A stretch of DNA of 64,000 bases from Actinomycetota bacterium (GTDB taxonomy: Bacteria > Actinomycetota > Acidimicrobiia > IMCC26256 > JAENVU01): assembly GCA_016870395.1 (NCBI GenBank), contig VGBT01000007.1:17268-81267 (forward strand), given 5' to 3'. Position 1 is the stretch's first letter. Each line of letters opens with the position of its first letter. The position numbers and the translations under genes were made by a program. Positions 62,012 to 64,000 of this stretch are shown in pieces. The notes beneath the pieces were generated by a model. It was not told the origin of the DNA and made no database searches. It was given only the letters and a program-made list of their open reading frames with translations.

Positions 62012-62707
62012 ATGCACGAAGGCGATGCCGCATCCGGGGACGCCGTCGCCTCGTCCGATCTCCTGCGGTGGGCCGAGACGCTCTCGGCGATCGCTCGCAC
62101 CGGGCTCGGGTTCACCAAGAGCCTCTACGAGCAGGAGCGCTTCGAGGAGGTCCTCAAGGTCGCCGCCGACATCCGCGCTGCGGCGATCGAGGAGGCCGAG
62201 GCCGACGCGATGTTCGAGGAGTGGCTCTCGACCGTCGGCGACGGGGTCGCGGGCTACGTCACCCCCAAGGTCGCGGTCGCGGCGATCGTCGGCAACGAGG
62301 CCGGCGAGATCCTGCTCACCCAGCGCGCCGACAGCGGGTTCTGGCTGTACCCGGTGGGCTGGGCCGACGTCGGGTACTCACCGGCGGAGGTCGCGGTGAA
62401 AGAGGTGTACGAGGAGACCGGGATCGAGGTCGAGCCGGTGTCGCTCGTCGCGGTCGTCGACGGCCTGCGGCTCGGGTTCGCGCGCCTGCCGATGTACTCG
62501 CTGCTCTTCCACTGCCGCATGCTCGGCGGCGAGCTCGAGGGCCATCCCCTCGAGACCCGCCAGGTGGGCTTCTTCGCGCGCGATCGGCTGCCCCAGCCGC
62601 TCGCCGGCGCGCACCGCTGGGCCGATCTCGCGTTCCGCGCGATCGACGGCGAGACGTTCCTGTCCGACTTCGACCCACCGCGCACTCCCCCCTGGCGAGG
62701 AACCTGA
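62012..62707 (+). CDS. NUDIX hydrolase with N-terminal extension (YjhB/ADP-ribose pyrophosphatase-like)
   Basis: AIARTGL.FT..YE.ER, GYVTPKV, GWADVGYSPAEVAVKEVYEETG Nudix box. Confidence 0.88.
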   Translation: MHEGDAASGDAVASSDLLRWAETLSAIARTGLGFTKSLYEQERFEEVLKVAADIRAAAIEEAEADAMFEEWLSTVGDGVAGYVTPKVAVAAIVGNEAGEILLTQRADSGFWLYPVGWADVGYSPAEVAVKEVYEETGIEVEPVSLVAVVDGLRLGFARLPMYSLLFHCRMLGGELEGHPLETRQVGFFARDRLPQPLAGAHRWADLAFRAIDGETFLSDFDPPRTPPWRGT

Positions 62708-62764
62708 CGAGGTGAGCTCCGGGCACGCGAACGCCGTGGCCGTTCGCGCGCTCGGGCGACGTGA

Positions 62765-63244
62765 TCAGACCTGGAGCTGGTCGGCGAGCAGCCGGATGAT
62801 CGAGACCTCCCCGTGGCTGCGCTCCCATGCTTCGCCGACGGGCTCGTGGTCGACGACGCCCGACAGGTCCGGTGCGATCCCGAGCAGCTCCACGGTCACC
62901 TGGGCGAGCGTCGCCGGCTCGTACTCGTCGTCGTAGGCGGGGAACGCCTCCAGTCCGTCCCAGAGCCCGGCGAGCGCCCGGGACTCGGACCCGAGCGTGA
63001 GCCGCTCCGGGTTGACGCCCGCGGAGAGCTGAGCGACTACCTGCTCCCAGAGGTCGTAGTGCGAGCACCCGGCGGGAGCGCGGTACGCGCCGACCGGGTG
63101 GAGCCGCCACTCGATGGTGCGCTCGTCGCCGCCGAACCAGGTCTGCGAGCCGTTGAGGTACGAGTCGACCGGCGGACCGAGGTGCTCGTCGAGCGCGAGG
63201 ACCAGCTCCGGGCTCACCCACCAGATGGCCGTCGCAGTCCGCAT
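62765..63244 (-). CDS. Hypothetical protein
   Basis: 159-aa ORF with ATG, protein-like composition (GPPVDSYLNGSQTW, EWRLHPV). Confidence 0.6.
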   Translation of the reverse strand: MRTATAIWWVSPELVLALDEHLGPPVDSYLNGSQTWFGGDERTIEWRLHPVGAYRAPAGCSHYDLWEQVVAQLSAGVNPERLTLGSESRALAGLWDGLEAFPAYDDEYEPATLAQVTVELLGIAPDLSGVVDHEPVGEAWERSHGEVSIIRLLADQLQV

Positions 63245-63297
63245 GGCAGCGGAGGGTATCGTCGCCGTCGCCGCGGGGTCCGGAGGGTGGTCGGTCG

Positions 63298-63756
63298 ATG
63301 CATCGACGGGGTGTGCTGCTCGTGTTCGCGGGCGTGGTGCTGTTCGGGGCGGGGGGCTGTGGCGGCGATGGCGACGGCACCCTCACGCACGCCGAGCTGC
63401 GCGCCCAGGCCGACCGAGCCTGCCGGCGGGCGGCGCGTGCGGTGCAGGAGGTCGGCGCGCCCGACCCGAGCGACCTCGACGCCGCCGCCAAGGCCTCTCG
63501 CCGGGTCGTGTCGATCCAGCGTCGAGCCCTCGTGACGCTGCGCCGCCTCGAGCCGCCGACCGACGACGAGGCGCGCTATGCCCGCTGGATCGCGCTCGTC
63601 GACCAGACGCTGGACCAGGCCGAGGCGTCGGTCGAGGCCCAGGCGGCCGGAGACCTGGGCGTTGCCGACCAGGCGAACGAGAACGGCCGCCTCCTCGACG
63701 CCCGTGCCGACGAGATCGCGTCCGAGCTCGGGTTCTCGGACTGCGTCGGCGCCTGA
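63298..63756 (+). CDS. Putative lipoprotein (helical)
   Basis: Signal peptide with lipobox AGGC and paired Cys (RAC ... SDC). Confidence 0.65.
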   Translation: MHRRGVLLVFAGVVLFGAGGCGGDGDGTLTHAELRAQADRACRRAARAVQEVGAPDPSDLDAAAKASRRVVSIQRRALVTLRRLEPPTDDEARYARWIALVDQTLDQAEASVEAQAAGDLGVADQANENGRLLDARADEIASELGFSDCVGA

Positions 63757-63778
63757 GGACCCGTACCATCTCGCCGTG

Positions 63779-64000
63779 GTGCGCTATGACCGCCTCGGCT
63801 CGCTCGACGCTTCGTTCCTGCACCTCGAGCGGATCGAGACCCCGATGCACGTCGGTGCGCTGTCGGTGTTCGAAGAAGCCTCCTTCTTCGACGCGTCGGG
63901 CCGATTCCGGTTGGCCGAGGTCCGACGGCTCGTCGCCTCGCGGCTCCACCTGATCCCGCGGTTCCGCAAGCGGTTGATGAACGTCCTGCTCGAACAGGGG
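63779..64000 (+). CDS. Wax ester synthase/diacylglycerol acyltransferase (3' partial, not in ORF track)
   Basis: DRLGSLDASFLHLE..TPMHVGAL..F and RLHLIPRFRKRL are typical WS/DGAT N-terminal motifs; frame runs off the window end. Confidence 0.85.
   Translation, partial: MRYDRLGSLDASFLHLERIETPMHVGALSVFEEASFFDASGRFRLAEVRRLVASRLHLIPRFRKRLMNVLLEQG

Overview
High-GC actinobacterial chromosome segment; gene order and protein style suggest Acidimicrobiia (inference). Most of it is conserved core: tilS-hpt-ftsH-folE-folP-X-folB-folK-DUF2520-panC-panD-nadB-nadC-coaX; clpC-radA-disA; crp / carD-PIN/TRAM-ispD-ispF-cysS-rlmB-tRNA-Thr; a trehalose/glucosylglycerate cluster (otsB, otsA, treT, glycerate kinase, gpgS); SAM-I riboswitch-thrC-like-moaD; groEL with two CIRCE boxes; chdC; a 5xPAS-GAF-GGDEF-EAL protein; GlnR box-amtB-glnK-glnD. 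No integrase, transposase, rRNA or CRISPR array was seen. Strongest leads: (1) a DtxR/IdeR-boxed locus (40.5-49.7 kb) that interleaves an Fe3+ ABC transporter with GT2, GT-C, an FAD enzyme and a Ser-rich cupredoxin lipoprotein; (2) a dispersed 63-bp hairpin element bounded by AGGAGG-like direct repeats, with one copy inserted in frame in glycerate kinase; (3) a CarD with a histone-H1-like ([10 protein letters not shown])n tail; (4) a DSP-fold protein with HHX5R instead of HCX5R inside the folate operon; (5) several apparent lesions (receiver-domain deletion, panD active-site changes, antitoxin stop codon, frameshifted epimerase, sigma fragment) that may be real decay or consensus errors. All family assignments come from motif recognition by eye, not from database searches.
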